From a virus (Duplodnaviria > Caudoviricetes), in the IMG/VR virus record IMGVR_UViG_3300036768_001555, positions 1-58,542 of that record: a stretch of 58,542 nt of DNA, one strand, 5' to 3'. The position numbers and the translations under genes are program-made. Positions 42,797 through 51,928 of the stretch are shown here, piece after piece. Positions within the stretch are counted from its first letter, which is position 1; each line of letters opens with the position of its first letter. A model generated the notes under the pieces. It did no database searches, was not told the origin of the DNA, and saw only the letters and a list, made by a program, of their open reading frames with translations.

Positions 42797-43323
42797 TGCC
42801 GAGCCAGACGCGCTCCCCTGGGACGATTGTGGATGATGCTTCTTACGGGACTGTTGCATGGCGCAACCCAGGGAACGCTGCTGCAAGCGATGACCTCTAC
42901 GCGGATACCTCTCTGGCATTTGCCAGTCCCATGCAGACGCACTACCTTAAGGCGACGAACTTCGGGTTTACAATCCCTGCGGGAATGACGATCACGGGGA
43001 TCAAAGTGGAGATCGAGCGACATGCTTTAAACTATGTCGTGGACAACCGTGTGCGACTGGTGAAGGCCGGTGCGGTGCAGTCCACTGACAAAGCGTCGAG
43101 CACTCCCTGGCCGAGCGCGGATGCCTACGCCTCCTATGGCGGCGATGGCGACACCTGGGGAGCTGCCTGGGCGGTGCAGGATATAAACGACAGTGGTTTT
43201 GGCGTGGTTCTGGCAGCGACGATCGGCGATGGTATTGATGCGGCGAGGCCGTTTGTGGATCACATTCAGATTACGGTGTACTACGCGGAGAGCAGTCAGC
43301 ATGTGGCAGCACAGTGCGTGTAA
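42796..43323 (+). CDS. Probable virion beta-sandwich (decoration/appendage) protein
   Basis: AWRNPGNA...LKATNFGFTIP.G.TITGIKVEI...YGGDGDTWG...VDHIQITVYY, a pattern seen in phage structural proteins. Confidence 0.6.
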   Translation: MPSQTRSPGTIVDDASYGTVAWRNPGNAAASDDLYADTSLAFASPMQTHYLKATNFGFTIPAGMTITGIKVEIERHALNYVVDNRVRLVKAGAVQSTDKASSTPWPSADAYASYGGDGDTWGAAWAVQDINDSGFGVVLAATIGDGIDAARPFVDHIQITVYYAESSQHVAAQCV

Positions 43324-43334
43324 GAGGTGAGACG

Positions 43335-45092
43335 ATGCCCTGGACGGTCGCGGATGTGGAGCGGTTCAAGAAGGGTCTCTCGGACGAAGAGAAGCAGAAG
43401 TGGGTCGAGCTTGCTAATGCGATCTTCGAGTCATGCATGGAGCAAGAGGGCGCAAAGCAGAGCGAGTGTGAGCGGCTTGCTATTGCCACAGCATCCTCAA
43501 AGGTTGGGAATCATGAGGATAGCATGGCATTCACAGAGAAGCCGTGGGATGGTGACAAGTCGCGGTTCACAATTGAGCAGCTTCTGAATGCTGTGCCCAA
43601 GGCAATTGCGGCATGGGCGCGCAAGAAAGCAAAAGAAAATCCCTCTGGCGAGGTGATCAAGGAGCACTTGAAGCTGCCGTACCGCGAGCCGGACGGGACG
43701 ATCAACATCAATGCGGTGCGCAATGCTCTGGCACGTCTCCCACAGACGGAGGACTTGCCTGATGACGTCAAGGCCGCTGCCAAAGCGGAATTGGAGCGCA
43801 TTTTGGAGGAGTATCGCAAGCGTAAGGGAGATTCATTTGTGATGAGGTACGACCAGGCGGACGTCACGCTGCGCGAGGAGAACGGTCTTCTCATCGGGGA
43901 GATCGCCCTGGCGAAGCCGGACGTCTACCCGTACTATGACCCGACGGACGGGAAGGTGCACTATGAGTTCAAGCCCCCAGAGGAGATTCTCACCGATGAG
44001 TTTTTGCAGCAGACGTGTCTGCTGCCGATCACCGATGAGCATCCCCCTGAGGGCGAAGTGAACGATCGGAACATCCAGAGAGTGATCAAGGGCATGACAG
44101 GGACGAGTCCCCGCATCGAGGGGAACCTCGTCATGAACGTCGGAGCGGTGTACGATCCAGCGTTGAAGGAGCAGATCAAGCGCGGCGACAAGCGCCAAGT
44201 GTCCATCGGCTTCCGAACTGTCGTCGTAGATCGCGAGGGCGAGTTCAACGGGAAGAAGTATGATCGTGTGCAGACGCAAATCCGGCTGAACCACCTCGCA
44301 TTCACCAAGGCGGGTCGCTGCGGAGAACAGTGTGCGATCAAAGTAGATGGAGGACAACAGATGTTCACTCTGAAGATCGGGAAGGACACGGTGACGTTCG
44401 AGTGCCCCGCACAAGACCAGGCGCTCATCGAGAAGATGAAGCCGGTCTTCGCGGAGGCGCAGGCCAAGATTGACGCGATCGTAGCCAAGGCCCTGGAAGT
44501 GGCCGAGGCCGGAGAAAAGCTCGATGCGGAGAACAAGGCGCTGAGGCAAAAGCTGGAATCGCTGTCCAAGAGCGATGTTGCGGTCGTGGACGCGATGCGG
44601 CAGCGTGCGGAGGCGCGTGCGGCGGAGCTGCAAAAGCAGTTAGACTCCACCAAGGCTGAGCTGGAGCGAGCGCAAGCAGAGCTGAGCGCTCTTAAGGGCC
44701 AGCTCAAGGCACAGCAAGACCTCAAGGACGCCCTTGCCAAACAAGCCCAGGAGATCATGGCTAAGGCCGATGCCATCGTGGACGAGCGGCTCAAGCTGAT
44801 CCAGTACGCGCGCTCTAAGCAGCCGTACTATCAGTACACGGGGAAGAGCAACCTGGAGATCAAGCGTGATCTTGCCAAGATGCTCAACCCGCAGCTTGCC
44901 ACAGACAGCGTTTCGGAAACGGAACTCGATGCGTATTTGAAGGCGTGGATGGACTTGGATGAGCAGATTGAGCGAGCCAAGGAGACGGCGCTTCAGAACG
45001 TGGCGCGGCGTGTTGGACTGGATGCTCGCCCACGCTCCGAAGCCAGTGAACTCCGCGAGAGGACGCTCAAGCTCTACCAAGGGAACAAGTAG
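43335..45092 (+). CDS. Prohead protease-scaffold fusion (DUF2213) with ChaB-like N-terminal domain
   Basis: LPITDEHP, QVSIGF and NHLAFTKAGRCG DUF2213 motifs; long coiled-coil C-terminus; N-terminal MPWT...KQKWVELAN...AIATA. Confidence 0.85.
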   Translation: MPWTVADVERFKKGLSDEEKQKWVELANAIFESCMEQEGAKQSECERLAIATASSKVGNHEDSMAFTEKPWDGDKSRFTIEQLLNAVPKAIAAWARKKAKENPSGEVIKEHLKLPYREPDGTININAVRNALARLPQTEDLPDDVKAAAKAELERILEEYRKRKGDSFVMRYDQADVTLREENGLLIGEIALAKPDVYPYYDPTDGKVHYEFKPPEEILTDEFLQQTCLLPITDEHPPEGEVNDRNIQRVIKGMTGTSPRIEGNLVMNVGAVYDPALKEQIKRGDKRQVSIGFRTVVVDREGEFNGKKYDRVQTQIRLNHLAFTKAGRCGEQCAIKVDGGQQMFTLKIGKDTVTFECPAQDQALIEKMKPVFAEAQAKIDAIVAKALEVAEAGEKLDAENKALRQKLESLSKSDVAVVDAMRQRAEARAAELQKQLDSTKAELERAQAELSALKGQLKAQQDLKDALAKQAQEIMAKADAIVDERLKLIQYARSKQPYYQYTGKSNLEIKRDLAKMLNPQLATDSVSETELDAYLKAWMDLDEQIERAKETALQNVARRVGLDARPRSEASELRERTLKLYQGNK

Positions 45093-45112
45093 TGGACTGA
45101 GGGAGGACAACT

Positions 45113-45556
45113 ATGCCAGTGAGCGGAATTGCAGGGAAGCTCGCGCGTGGCGGGCCGGTGCGCATCTTCGGGAGCTTCATCGCTGAGGGGGACATCCCCT
45201 TCGGCAAGGTGGTCATGCTCGGCACTGACCCCACGCGTCAGGTGAAGGCGTACTCTGGCTCTGCGGTGCCTATCGGGATTGCCCTTGTGGATGACACGAA
45301 GGGGTTCACTCGCGACGCCAACGGGAACCCCGTCCAGACGTTCACCTATAAAAACGGCGATCCCGTGCAGGTGCTCAAGCAGGGCACGGTCTTTGTCACC
45401 GTTGCGGCCAACGTCACCGCGGGGAAAGCTGCGAAGGTCAAGACCGATGGCGACATTGTGGACGAGAGTGGCACAGGCACGACGATCCCTGGCTCGATCT
45501 TCCGCACCAGCGCGTCTGCTGGGCAGATCGCGGAGCTGGAGATCAACCTGCCATGA
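45113..45556 (+). CDS. Head decoration/cement protein
   Basis: IPFGKVV...GDPVQVLKQG.VFV; lies between scaffold and capsid genes. Confidence 0.8.
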   Translation: MPVSGIAGKLARGGPVRIFGSFIAEGDIPFGKVVMLGTDPTRQVKAYSGSAVPIGIALVDDTKGFTRDANGNPVQTFTYKNGDPVQVLKQGTVFVTVAANVTAGKAAKVKTDGDIVDESGTGTTIPGSIFRTSASAGQIAELEINLP

Positions 45557-45567
45557 AGGAGAGAACC

Positions 45568-46494
45568 ATGAAAGAACTGATCGGAACGAGCGGCGTCTTC
45601 CACACTGACTTGCGCGGGGATGCCATCATTTTCCCCGAAGACCTGGAGTCGTTGGACAAACAGGTTTACGAAGAGCTGTTGCAGAACCTTGTCGCCCGCC
45701 AGGTGGTCACCCTCAAGACCGACGATCCCCCTGGCGCGGAGACCGTCACCTACGAGTTCTATACGCTCGCGGGTGACTCCAACAAGGCCGTGTATAACTG
45801 GGGTGCGGGCGGGGACATCCCCCTGGCCGATGCCAACGTGATCCGTGTGCCCCAGCGAGTGCTCTCGCTGGTGTATGGGATCACCATCAACCCGCAGGAG
45901 TTGCGTGCGGCGCGGCTTGTCGGCAAGCCCATCGAGTCTATCAAGGCTCGTGCGGCAGGGTACTTCATTGCCAAGAAGGAGAACGACTTGTTCTTCGTGG
46001 GCGACCCTGCCACGGGGCACTACGGCATCTTCACGCACCCCAACATCACCCAGGTTGCCATTCCCTATGGGGGATGGGCTACAGCAACGGGCGACAAAAT
46101 CCTCGCAGACATCCGTGCGCTCCGTGCGGCGATCAACCAATATGACGGCCTTGAGGCCCGCGCGGTCGTCTTCCCCAAGAGCGTGCAGGAGTACTTGGAG
46201 AAGTTTGTCTCCGACACCTATCCAGTGCGAACCGTGATGGAGGCGATCAAAGCGTACAACTGGTTCCCTGGAGGCATCTTCTTCAGTCAATCGGTGCCCC
46301 CTGGGAAGTTCGCGGTGCTGGACAACTCTCCGCGCGTGGTGCAGCTCTCCGTACCGATGAACGTCACGCGCTTGGAGCCTGTGGTCATCACACCCAACAA
46401 CACCTACCAGGTGAACTATGAGGAGCGATGCGCCGGTGCGATCATCCGCTACCCGCAAGGGATCGCGATCAACGACAACACCAAGAGCATCTAG
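45568..46494 (+). CDS. Major capsid protein (DUF2184/encapsulin-like HK97 fold)
   Basis: LESLDKQVYE, DIPLAD, ELRAA, FFVGD..GHYGIFTHPN, GAIIRYP. Confidence 0.9.
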   Translation: MKELIGTSGVFHTDLRGDAIIFPEDLESLDKQVYEELLQNLVARQVVTLKTDDPPGAETVTYEFYTLAGDSNKAVYNWGAGGDIPLADANVIRVPQRVLSLVYGITINPQELRAARLVGKPIESIKARAAGYFIAKKENDLFFVGDPATGHYGIFTHPNITQVAIPYGGWATATGDKILADIRALRAAINQYDGLEARAVVFPKSVQEYLEKFVSDTYPVRTVMEAIKAYNWFPGGIFFSQSVPPGKFAVLDNSPRVVQLSVPMNVTRLEPVVITPNNTYQVNYEERCAGAIIRYPQGIAINDNTKSI

Positions 46495-46495
46495 C

Positions 46496-46918
46496 ATGAT
46501 CCTGTGCAACCTAACTGCTGGGGACATCATGATCGTTGCTGACGATGGGGAGCGCATGAGCTTCCCCCCTGGGCCGACGCATGTCCCCGCAGCGCGCATG
46601 GCGAAACTAGAGGCTCTAGCGGTGTTTGCGTCTCTGCGCGAGCAAGGAAAGATCGCTGTTGTGGATCGTGAGGCGCACATCCCTTGGGAGCGCATGGCGG
46701 AACCGGTGCGCCGCGAGCGGGAACGGCAGCTCTCTGAGGAGCAAGACCGCTTGCGGCAGCAGGAGCGCCAGGCGCAGTTCCGTAAGTTCGCGGAGGACGC
46801 CTGGAGCCGTGTTCTGCAACCGGTGAAGCCTGCACCAGTTGGAAAGACCCAGGTGCCTGAAGACCTGCGACGCTTCGAGGTCGAGCAGTACCGTCGTGTG
46901 GGAACCCCGAAGGCATAA
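46496..46918 (+). CDS. Hypothetical head-associated protein
   Basis: Coupled ORF after the capsid gene. Confidence 0.55.
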   Translation: MILCNLTAGDIMIVADDGERMSFPPGPTHVPAARMAKLEALAVFASLREQGKIAVVDREAHIPWERMAEPVRRERERQLSEEQDRLRQQERQAQFRKFAEDAWSRVLQPVKPAPVGKTQVPEDLRRFEVEQYRRVGTPKA

Positions 46919-47271
46919 TGGCGTACAACACTGTTGCTGAAGTAAAGGACTACGGGCGGTTTAAGAACTCCTCAGACAGCGTGATCCAGATCTGTATTGA
47001 TGCGGGTGATCGCGAGGTAGACCGTCTGGGGGAGATCATTCCGCCTGAAGACCGGAAGTTTCTGGCGCTCCTGGCATCGTGTCATTTTGTGGCGCTGTCG
47101 GAGCGCCAGGCGACAGACAAGACCCGTGCGGGCCTGTCTGTCAGCTATGCTTCGCCGACGGGGAAGGATGCTTGGTGTCAGACGACCTGGGGGGAGCAGT
47201 TCTGGGAGATGGTGCAGCGGCGACGCGGCCCACTGTTTGACATCTGGCCGCGCGCGAATGAGCGTGCGTAA
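46918..47271 (+). CDS. Head-tail connector (DUF4054-like)
   Basis: LLASCHFVAL...LSVSY...QTTWGEQFWEM. Confidence 0.75.
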   Translation: MAYNTVAEVKDYGRFKNSSDSVIQICIDAGDREVDRLGEIIPPEDRKFLALLASCHFVALSERQATDKTRAGLSVSYASPTGKDAWCQTTWGEQFWEMVQRRRGPLFDIWPRANERA

Positions 47272-47292
47272 CGCGTGGAGCAAGGAGTCATC

Positions 47293-47523
47293 ATGCAGCC
47301 ATTGACCAAAGCAGAGCTTGCGGAATTGATGGAAGACGCGAAGGTTGGCTTCCTCCCGCCGAACGCCAAAGAGCTGGCGGAGCGAGCGGAGGCCGCGGCT
47401 AAGGCGGAGCAGTACGGTCACGCGATGCAGGCGTTCAAGGCGATTGCCAATGGCCTGCGTCGCGGCGATGCGAAGATCGTCTACGACTTCGCGGAGAAGC
47501 TCGTGAACTACTACCTGCCGTAA
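47293..47523 (+). CDS. Hypothetical protein
   Basis: AAGGAG RBS. Confidence 0.55.
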   Translation: MQPLTKAELAELMEDAKVGFLPPNAKELAERAEAAAKAEQYGHAMQAFKAIANGLRRGDAKIVYDFAEKLVNYYLP

Positions 47524-47524
47524 G

Positions 47525-47932
47525 ATGCACGAGCTGACGGACGTGATCGCGGCTGATGAGACCATCGCGACGCTCACGCGTTTTTCAGAGAGCGTCGTGG
47601 ATGGGTTTGTCTCTTCAGGGGAGAGCTTCTACGAGCTTCCTGTTCTCATAGACACATCTCGCATATATTCTGAGGAGCTGAACCTGAACACTTTGCTGGT
47701 CAGTGGGCAGGCCGTGGGGTACATCCGCAGCGAAGCAATGGCTACGCCTGTGGATAGCAACGGGAATCCCATTGGCCCAGCGGTTCCGGTCGCGTCCGTC
47801 GGCGTGCACACGAACGATCAGCTGGTCGTCGCCAGCGAGCGATACCTTGTTGAGGACATCTTTGATATGTCTGACGAGGGTTTCTGGATGCTTACGCTGC
47901 GGCGACAGCCGACCGTCGGAGGCGGTGTGTAA
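47525..47932 (+). CDS. Head closure/adaptor protein
   Basis: Position in the neck module; DQLVV..RYLVEDI beta pattern. Confidence 0.6.
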   Translation: MHELTDVIAADETIATLTRFSESVVDGFVSSGESFYELPVLIDTSRIYSEELNLNTLLVSGQAVGYIRSEAMATPVDSNGNPIGPAVPVASVGVHTNDQLVVASERYLVEDIFDMSDEGFWMLTLRRQPTVGGGV

Positions 47933-48264
47933 TGCCTGGGGTAGGGTACTCCCTGAAGTGGCACGGCGACCGTGTCGAGCGCGCGGTGCACGAGCACGTG
48001 GCCTCGCGCCTCGCCGTGCTCGGCGAGTTTCTGGTGAGCGAGGCCAAGCGTCGTGCCCCTGTGGACACGGGAAACCTCAGAAACTCCATTGATTGGTATG
48101 CCGACGAGCGTGAGCTGACGCTCGTCTACGGCACGCCGGTAGATTACGGGGTCTATCAAGAGCTGGGGTTCCTCACGCCTACGGGGAAGTTCGTGCAGAA
48201 CCCGTATCTTCTGCCAGCGTTGCTGGAAAACTCCCAGCGCATCGTGGAGCTGCTGCGGCCATGA
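47932..48264 (+). CDS. HK97 gp10-like neck protein
   Basis: AKRRAPVDTGNLRNSI...YGVYQELG...PYLLPA. Confidence 0.9.
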   Translation: MPGVGYSLKWHGDRVERAVHEHVASRLAVLGEFLVSEAKRRAPVDTGNLRNSIDWYADERELTLVYGTPVDYGVYQELGFLTPTGKFVQNPYLLPALLENSQRIVELLRP

Positions 48265-48701
48265 AGTCCATTGACGTCACGGAAATCCTCAAGGGCATCT
48301 ATGCGCAGTTTGCCAACGATGCTGCCTTGAAGGCGAAGGTGAACTATTCGCCGCAGTTTCCAGGGTGCTATATTCTCCAGCCAAAACAGGGCGCGCCGAT
48401 GCCATACATCGTCATTGCACCACAAGCCGATGAGCCGTGGGACTGCCTTGGCGAGGATGGCGCGACAGGGGAGTACTTCTACTACCAGCTGTCGGTCTTC
48501 TCTGCGAAGTATCCTGACCCGCGTGAGGCGCTGGACATCGTAAAAGAGATCACGCGGGTCTACGACGATCAGTTCCTCACTATTGCAGGCTACGCGACAG
48601 TTCGGAACGAGCGACTGGACTCGATGATTCCAGTCCCGCAACCAGACAGAAATCTAATACACGCCCTGGTGCGGTATCGGCTCTTTTTGCATCGGCAGTA
48701 A
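48261..48701 (+). CDS. Tail terminator / completion protein (DUF3168-like)
   Basis: APMPYIVI, QLSVFS, HALVRYR; immediately before the tail tube gene. Confidence 0.75.
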   Translation: MKSIDVTEILKGIYAQFANDAALKAKVNYSPQFPGCYILQPKQGAPMPYIVIAPQADEPWDCLGEDGATGEYFYYQLSVFSAKYPDPREALDIVKEITRVYDDQFLTIAGYATVRNERLDSMIPVPQPDRNLIHALVRYRLFLHRQ

Positions 48702-48800
48702 TCCTTTCGCTGGCGTGGCGGAAGGCGCACTTATCCCGTTGAGGGCGGCTGGTGCGACCGCCCTCAACGCGGCCTCTTTAGTGGATCGCACGGGGATCAC

Positions 48801-49220
48801 ATGCCAGTTTCGGTAATCCACGGGAAGCGTGGCACGGTGACCATTGGGAGCACGGTCGGCGTTGCGCGCAGCTGGACGCTCAACGTCACAATTGACGCAG
48901 CCGATATCTCTCACTTCGGGACGGAATGGCGCGAGTTCATTCCTGGTTTGGGAAGCTGGACGGCGCGTGTGGAGGCACTGTTCGATTCCGGTGACGCCGG
49001 TCTAGGTGCGGTGCAAAACTCGGTCTTCCAGACTCCTGTCGGCGGCAGTGCGCCGATTTCCGTGAGTCTGGTGACCGGAAGCGCGCAATGGGGCGGGGCT
49101 TCATCCAAGACTTACTCCGGTTCTGGGCTGATCACTGGCTACAGCCACACGACTGATGTCGGCGACGCCCAGGTTGTCACCCTGGACATCCAGGGCACCG
49201 GAGCACTGAGCGTCAGCTAG
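48801..49220 (+). CDS. Major tail tube protein
   Basis: GKRGTV...SWTLNV..D.S....WREFIPGL.SWT...YSGSGLIT...DIQGTGAL. Confidence 0.88.
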   Translation: MPVSVIHGKRGTVTIGSTVGVARSWTLNVTIDAADISHFGTEWREFIPGLGSWTARVEALFDSGDAGLGAVQNSVFQTPVGGSAPISVSLVTGSAQWGGASSKTYSGSGLITGYSHTTDVGDAQVVTLDIQGTGALSVS

Positions 49221-49223
49221 TGG

Positions 49224-49255
49224 GAAGAGGGGCTGTTTCAGCCCCTCTTCTTTTT
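49224..49255 (+). terminator. Rho-independent terminator after the tail tube gene
   Basis: GAAGAGGGGCTG-TTT-CAGCCCCTCTTC-TTTTT. Confidence 0.88.
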
Positions 49256-49263
49256 CTTTTCTC

Positions 49264-50391
49264 ATGTCTTGGCAAGTTTTGCACGGCAAGCGCGGCAGAG
49301 TAATCTTCCTCGAAGAGCCGTTCTCTGGCTCAGAGTTAGGCTTGCTCACCCTTGGGGAGTCGTTGTTAGGCTTTGACGAGGCTGATGCGAATGGGCTGGA
49401 GCGGTTCATTGAATTCATCCGCGCGTACAACTGGCGTTTGCTCGTCTCTGTGGACGCTGCAGACGTCTCTCGCCTGGGCACGGACTGGCGCGAGTTTATC
49501 CCTGGCTTGGGGTCATTCACCGGTCGTATTGAGGGATTTGTCTCGAACGAGGACGAAGGCGAGGAGATTCTCAACAAGGTTCTTGCGGGTGAGCGACATT
49601 TCGTTGAAGCGCACCTCTACGGCGCGCTCGAACATGGCTACATCAAGGCAGGTCTGATGGTCACCTCGCGCGATCACGAGATCGTCGTAGACCGTGCGGA
49701 GCGCGTCGGGTTCGAGTTCGTCAACTTTGGCTATCCCCAGTGGATTGACATTTCCACCTTAGATCGCCTCAGCTTCGGTTTGATTGCTTACTGGAACCTC
49801 GACGAGGGCAGTGGCTCTGTAGCTAATGACAGCGTGCCGTACAACAACGACGGCACGCTCGTCGGAGGGCCGATGTGGGTGACCGGACGAACGAACTCCG
49901 GCTTGCAGGTCTCCGGCGGTGCACACGTCTCGGTACCGAAGGCTCATCCTCTGGCCTATCGGTACTTCCTTTCTGTCTCTATTTGGTTCAAGCCCAACGG
50001 CGCAGGGCCGCACGGGCTGATCGGCGACTCCTCTGGCACCGATGGTTGGCGACTCATCGTGGAAGCGAACGATAAAGTCTCATGGACGATCGGGAATGTC
50101 ACGATCACGTCAGTCGAAACTATAGACTCCAGCGGATGGAACCACATCGTGGCCACGTATCACCCTGTGGCCGGACGGATGCGCATTTATATCAACAACG
50201 TCGAGGACATGGCGACTGGCTCGCGCACCGGCGCGGTGCCACAGAACACAAACCCCATCACCATTGGCAAGGTTGGAACGACGAACGCAAACGGGATCAT
50301 TGACCAGGTTCGGATATATGGCCTCGAACTTTCCCAAGACCCGATCCAAAACGGCGGGATCATTGATCAGCTCTACCAGCAGGGGTTGTGA
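49264..50391 (+). CDS. Tail-tube paralog fused to a LamG/concanavalin-A-like domain
   Basis: N-half shares HGKRG and DAAD.S..GT.WREFIPGLGS with the tube protein; C-half has LIAYWNLDEGSG...WNHIVATY...IYIN...GIIDQVRIY. Confidence 0.85.
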   Translation: MSWQVLHGKRGRVIFLEEPFSGSELGLLTLGESLLGFDEADANGLERFIEFIRAYNWRLLVSVDAADVSRLGTDWREFIPGLGSFTGRIEGFVSNEDEGEEILNKVLAGERHFVEAHLYGALEHGYIKAGLMVTSRDHEIVVDRAERVGFEFVNFGYPQWIDISTLDRLSFGLIAYWNLDEGSGSVANDSVPYNNDGTLVGGPMWVTGRTNSGLQVSGGAHVSVPKAHPLAYRYFLSVSIWFKPNGAGPHGLIGDSSGTDGWRLIVEANDKVSWTIGNVTITSVETIDSSGWNHIVATYHPVAGRMRIYINNVEDMATGSRTGAVPQNTNPITIGKVGTTNANGIIDQVRIYGLELSQDPIQNGGIIDQLYQQGL

Positions 50392-50927
50392 TGCTTCAGA
50401 GCAAGCCAGTGGCTCCCGCAGCGCCGATTGCCCAAGCAGAGCCGGTGGAGTTTCAAGGCGGGGTCGGGGGATTGTTCATCGTTGATGGGCAATCCTTCCG
50501 ACAGGTGGGAACGCTCCTTCAGTGGAAGCTCACCTATGAGTTTGCCCAAGCGGAGATGCTTGGGGTGTGGCAGCAGGTGACGATCGAGGCGGAGCAGCTC
50601 TGGCTACGTGAGATGCCTCAGCAGACCATGAACATTCTGCTCTTCCGGAACAACTTGATCTACGTGATCGCGCGGGCGTTCATCGAAGGGATCAAGGACG
50701 TGGAGGAGCAGAAGTGGATGGAGCAGCCGACGCCGTGGGATGGGTTCCAGCCTGGCCCGTGGATCATCCGATCAGACTTGATGGTGCCGCCGATCCCAGG
50801 GATGAAGTCTGGCTCTTGGGATAGGGCGGTCAAGGAGAACGATCTCGCGAAGCAGCTGGAGATTCTCACGCTGGCTGAGGCGTGGGAGCGGATGCAGAAG
50901 GAGCGGATGCAGAATGCACAACAGTAA
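50388..50927 (+). CDS. Hypothetical tail-region protein
   Basis: Coupled ORF; FQGGVGGL...VGTLLQWKL could be a very degenerate tube-like N-terminus. Confidence 0.55.
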   Translation: MMLQSKPVAPAAPIAQAEPVEFQGGVGGLFIVDGQSFRQVGTLLQWKLTYEFAQAEMLGVWQQVTIEAEQLWLREMPQQTMNILLFRNNLIYVIARAFIEGIKDVEEQKWMEQPTPWDGFQPGPWIIRSDLMVPPIPGMKSGSWDRAVKENDLAKQLEILTLAEAWERMQKERMQNAQQ

Positions 50928-51462
50928 CCCTGCTGTCATCGGTGAAGTGCGTGGCGCGTTCACGGAAGGGTTTCGTGCAGGCTGGAACTTCGAGTTTGTC
51001 GTCGGCGCGCACAACAAAGACACGGCGCTGTTTCTGCTCCATAACCCTGATGACAAAGGTGAAGCGATCCCTGCACAGGTGGTGAAGGTCAACTTTGGGA
51101 CGCTCGCGGTGAAGATGATCGAAATCTTCCGCAGCGAGCAGGATGGCCTCGACAGGGAAGACCCTTGCCTGCGCTTCGTCGGATACAGCGATGGCAAGGC
51201 TGTGTACAAGGCTCTCTCCAAGGGGGTGGTCGAACGAGCAGAGATCGCATCGCGTCACGTGATGGTGTTGGTTGGGAAGGCTATCGGGTTTGAGCAGCGG
51301 TTGGTCACAGTGCACGGGCAGCCGCTGCCTGGGCTGTCGTATGTCTCTCTCGTCTGCGATGCGCGTAAGGGGATGCCCATGCTGCGCATGGAGACGATCC
51401 TGTTGTCGCGCAGACGGTTACACGAGCTTCAAGAGGAGATGCAGAAGCTCTCCACATTCTAA
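50914..51462 (+). CDS. Hypothetical tail-region protein
   Basis: Coupled ORF. Confidence 0.55.
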   Translation: MHNSNPAVIGEVRGAFTEGFRAGWNFEFVVGAHNKDTALFLLHNPDDKGEAIPAQVVKVNFGTLAVKMIEIFRSEQDGLDREDPCLRFVGYSDGKAVYKALSKGVVERAEIASRHVMVLVGKAIGFEQRLVTVHGQPLPGLSYVSLVCDARKGMPMLRMETILLSRRRLHELQEEMQKLSTF

Positions 51463-51490
51463 GCCACGCCAACGAAAGGGGTGAACCTGC

Positions 51491-51913
51491 ATGGCTTCGA
51501 TCAAAGAGAAGCTGCAAAAGATTATCCCACAGTCCAAGCAAATTGTCATCGGAGGCGAACCATTCGAGTTCAAGCGGCTCAACCAAAAGGATTACAACTA
51601 CATCAAGCAGAAGCACGGGGTGGACTTCGCTTCCACAAACCCTCAAGACTTGAAGATAACCCTAGATGTACTTAGCACGATGATCTTCCTTTCGTTGCGG
51701 AAGACCTACAGCGACGTGACGGAGGACGACGTGCAGGAGTACATTATGACGACAGACTTCATGACCTCAGAAAACCTAACGGCGGCACTTGCATGGATGC
51801 AGGGGGCGTCGCACGAAGAGGTACAGCGCCAGGTAGAGCGCGTGCGTGCGGACATGGAAAAGCGGCGGCGCGAGGCCGAACAAGCCCTCGCCGAAGCAGC
51901 GAAGGCTCCATAG
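51491..51913 (+). CDS. Tail assembly chaperone (gpG-like)
   Basis: IVIGGEPFEFKRL N-terminus and helical body; lies between the tube and TMP genes. Confidence 0.7.
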   Translation: MASIKEKLQKIIPQSKQIVIGGEPFEFKRLNQKDYNYIKQKHGVDFASTNPQDLKITLDVLSTMIFLSLRKTYSDVTEDDVQEYIMTTDFMTSENLTAALAWMQGASHEEVQRQVERVRADMEKRRREAEQALAEAAKAP

Positions 51914-51928
51914 TGCAGGCATATTGCC

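Noticed and set aside
45346-46695. 449-aa minus-strand ORF opposite the capsid gene
   Set aside because: Antisense shadow of a strongly codon-biased gene, with no motifs or expression signals.
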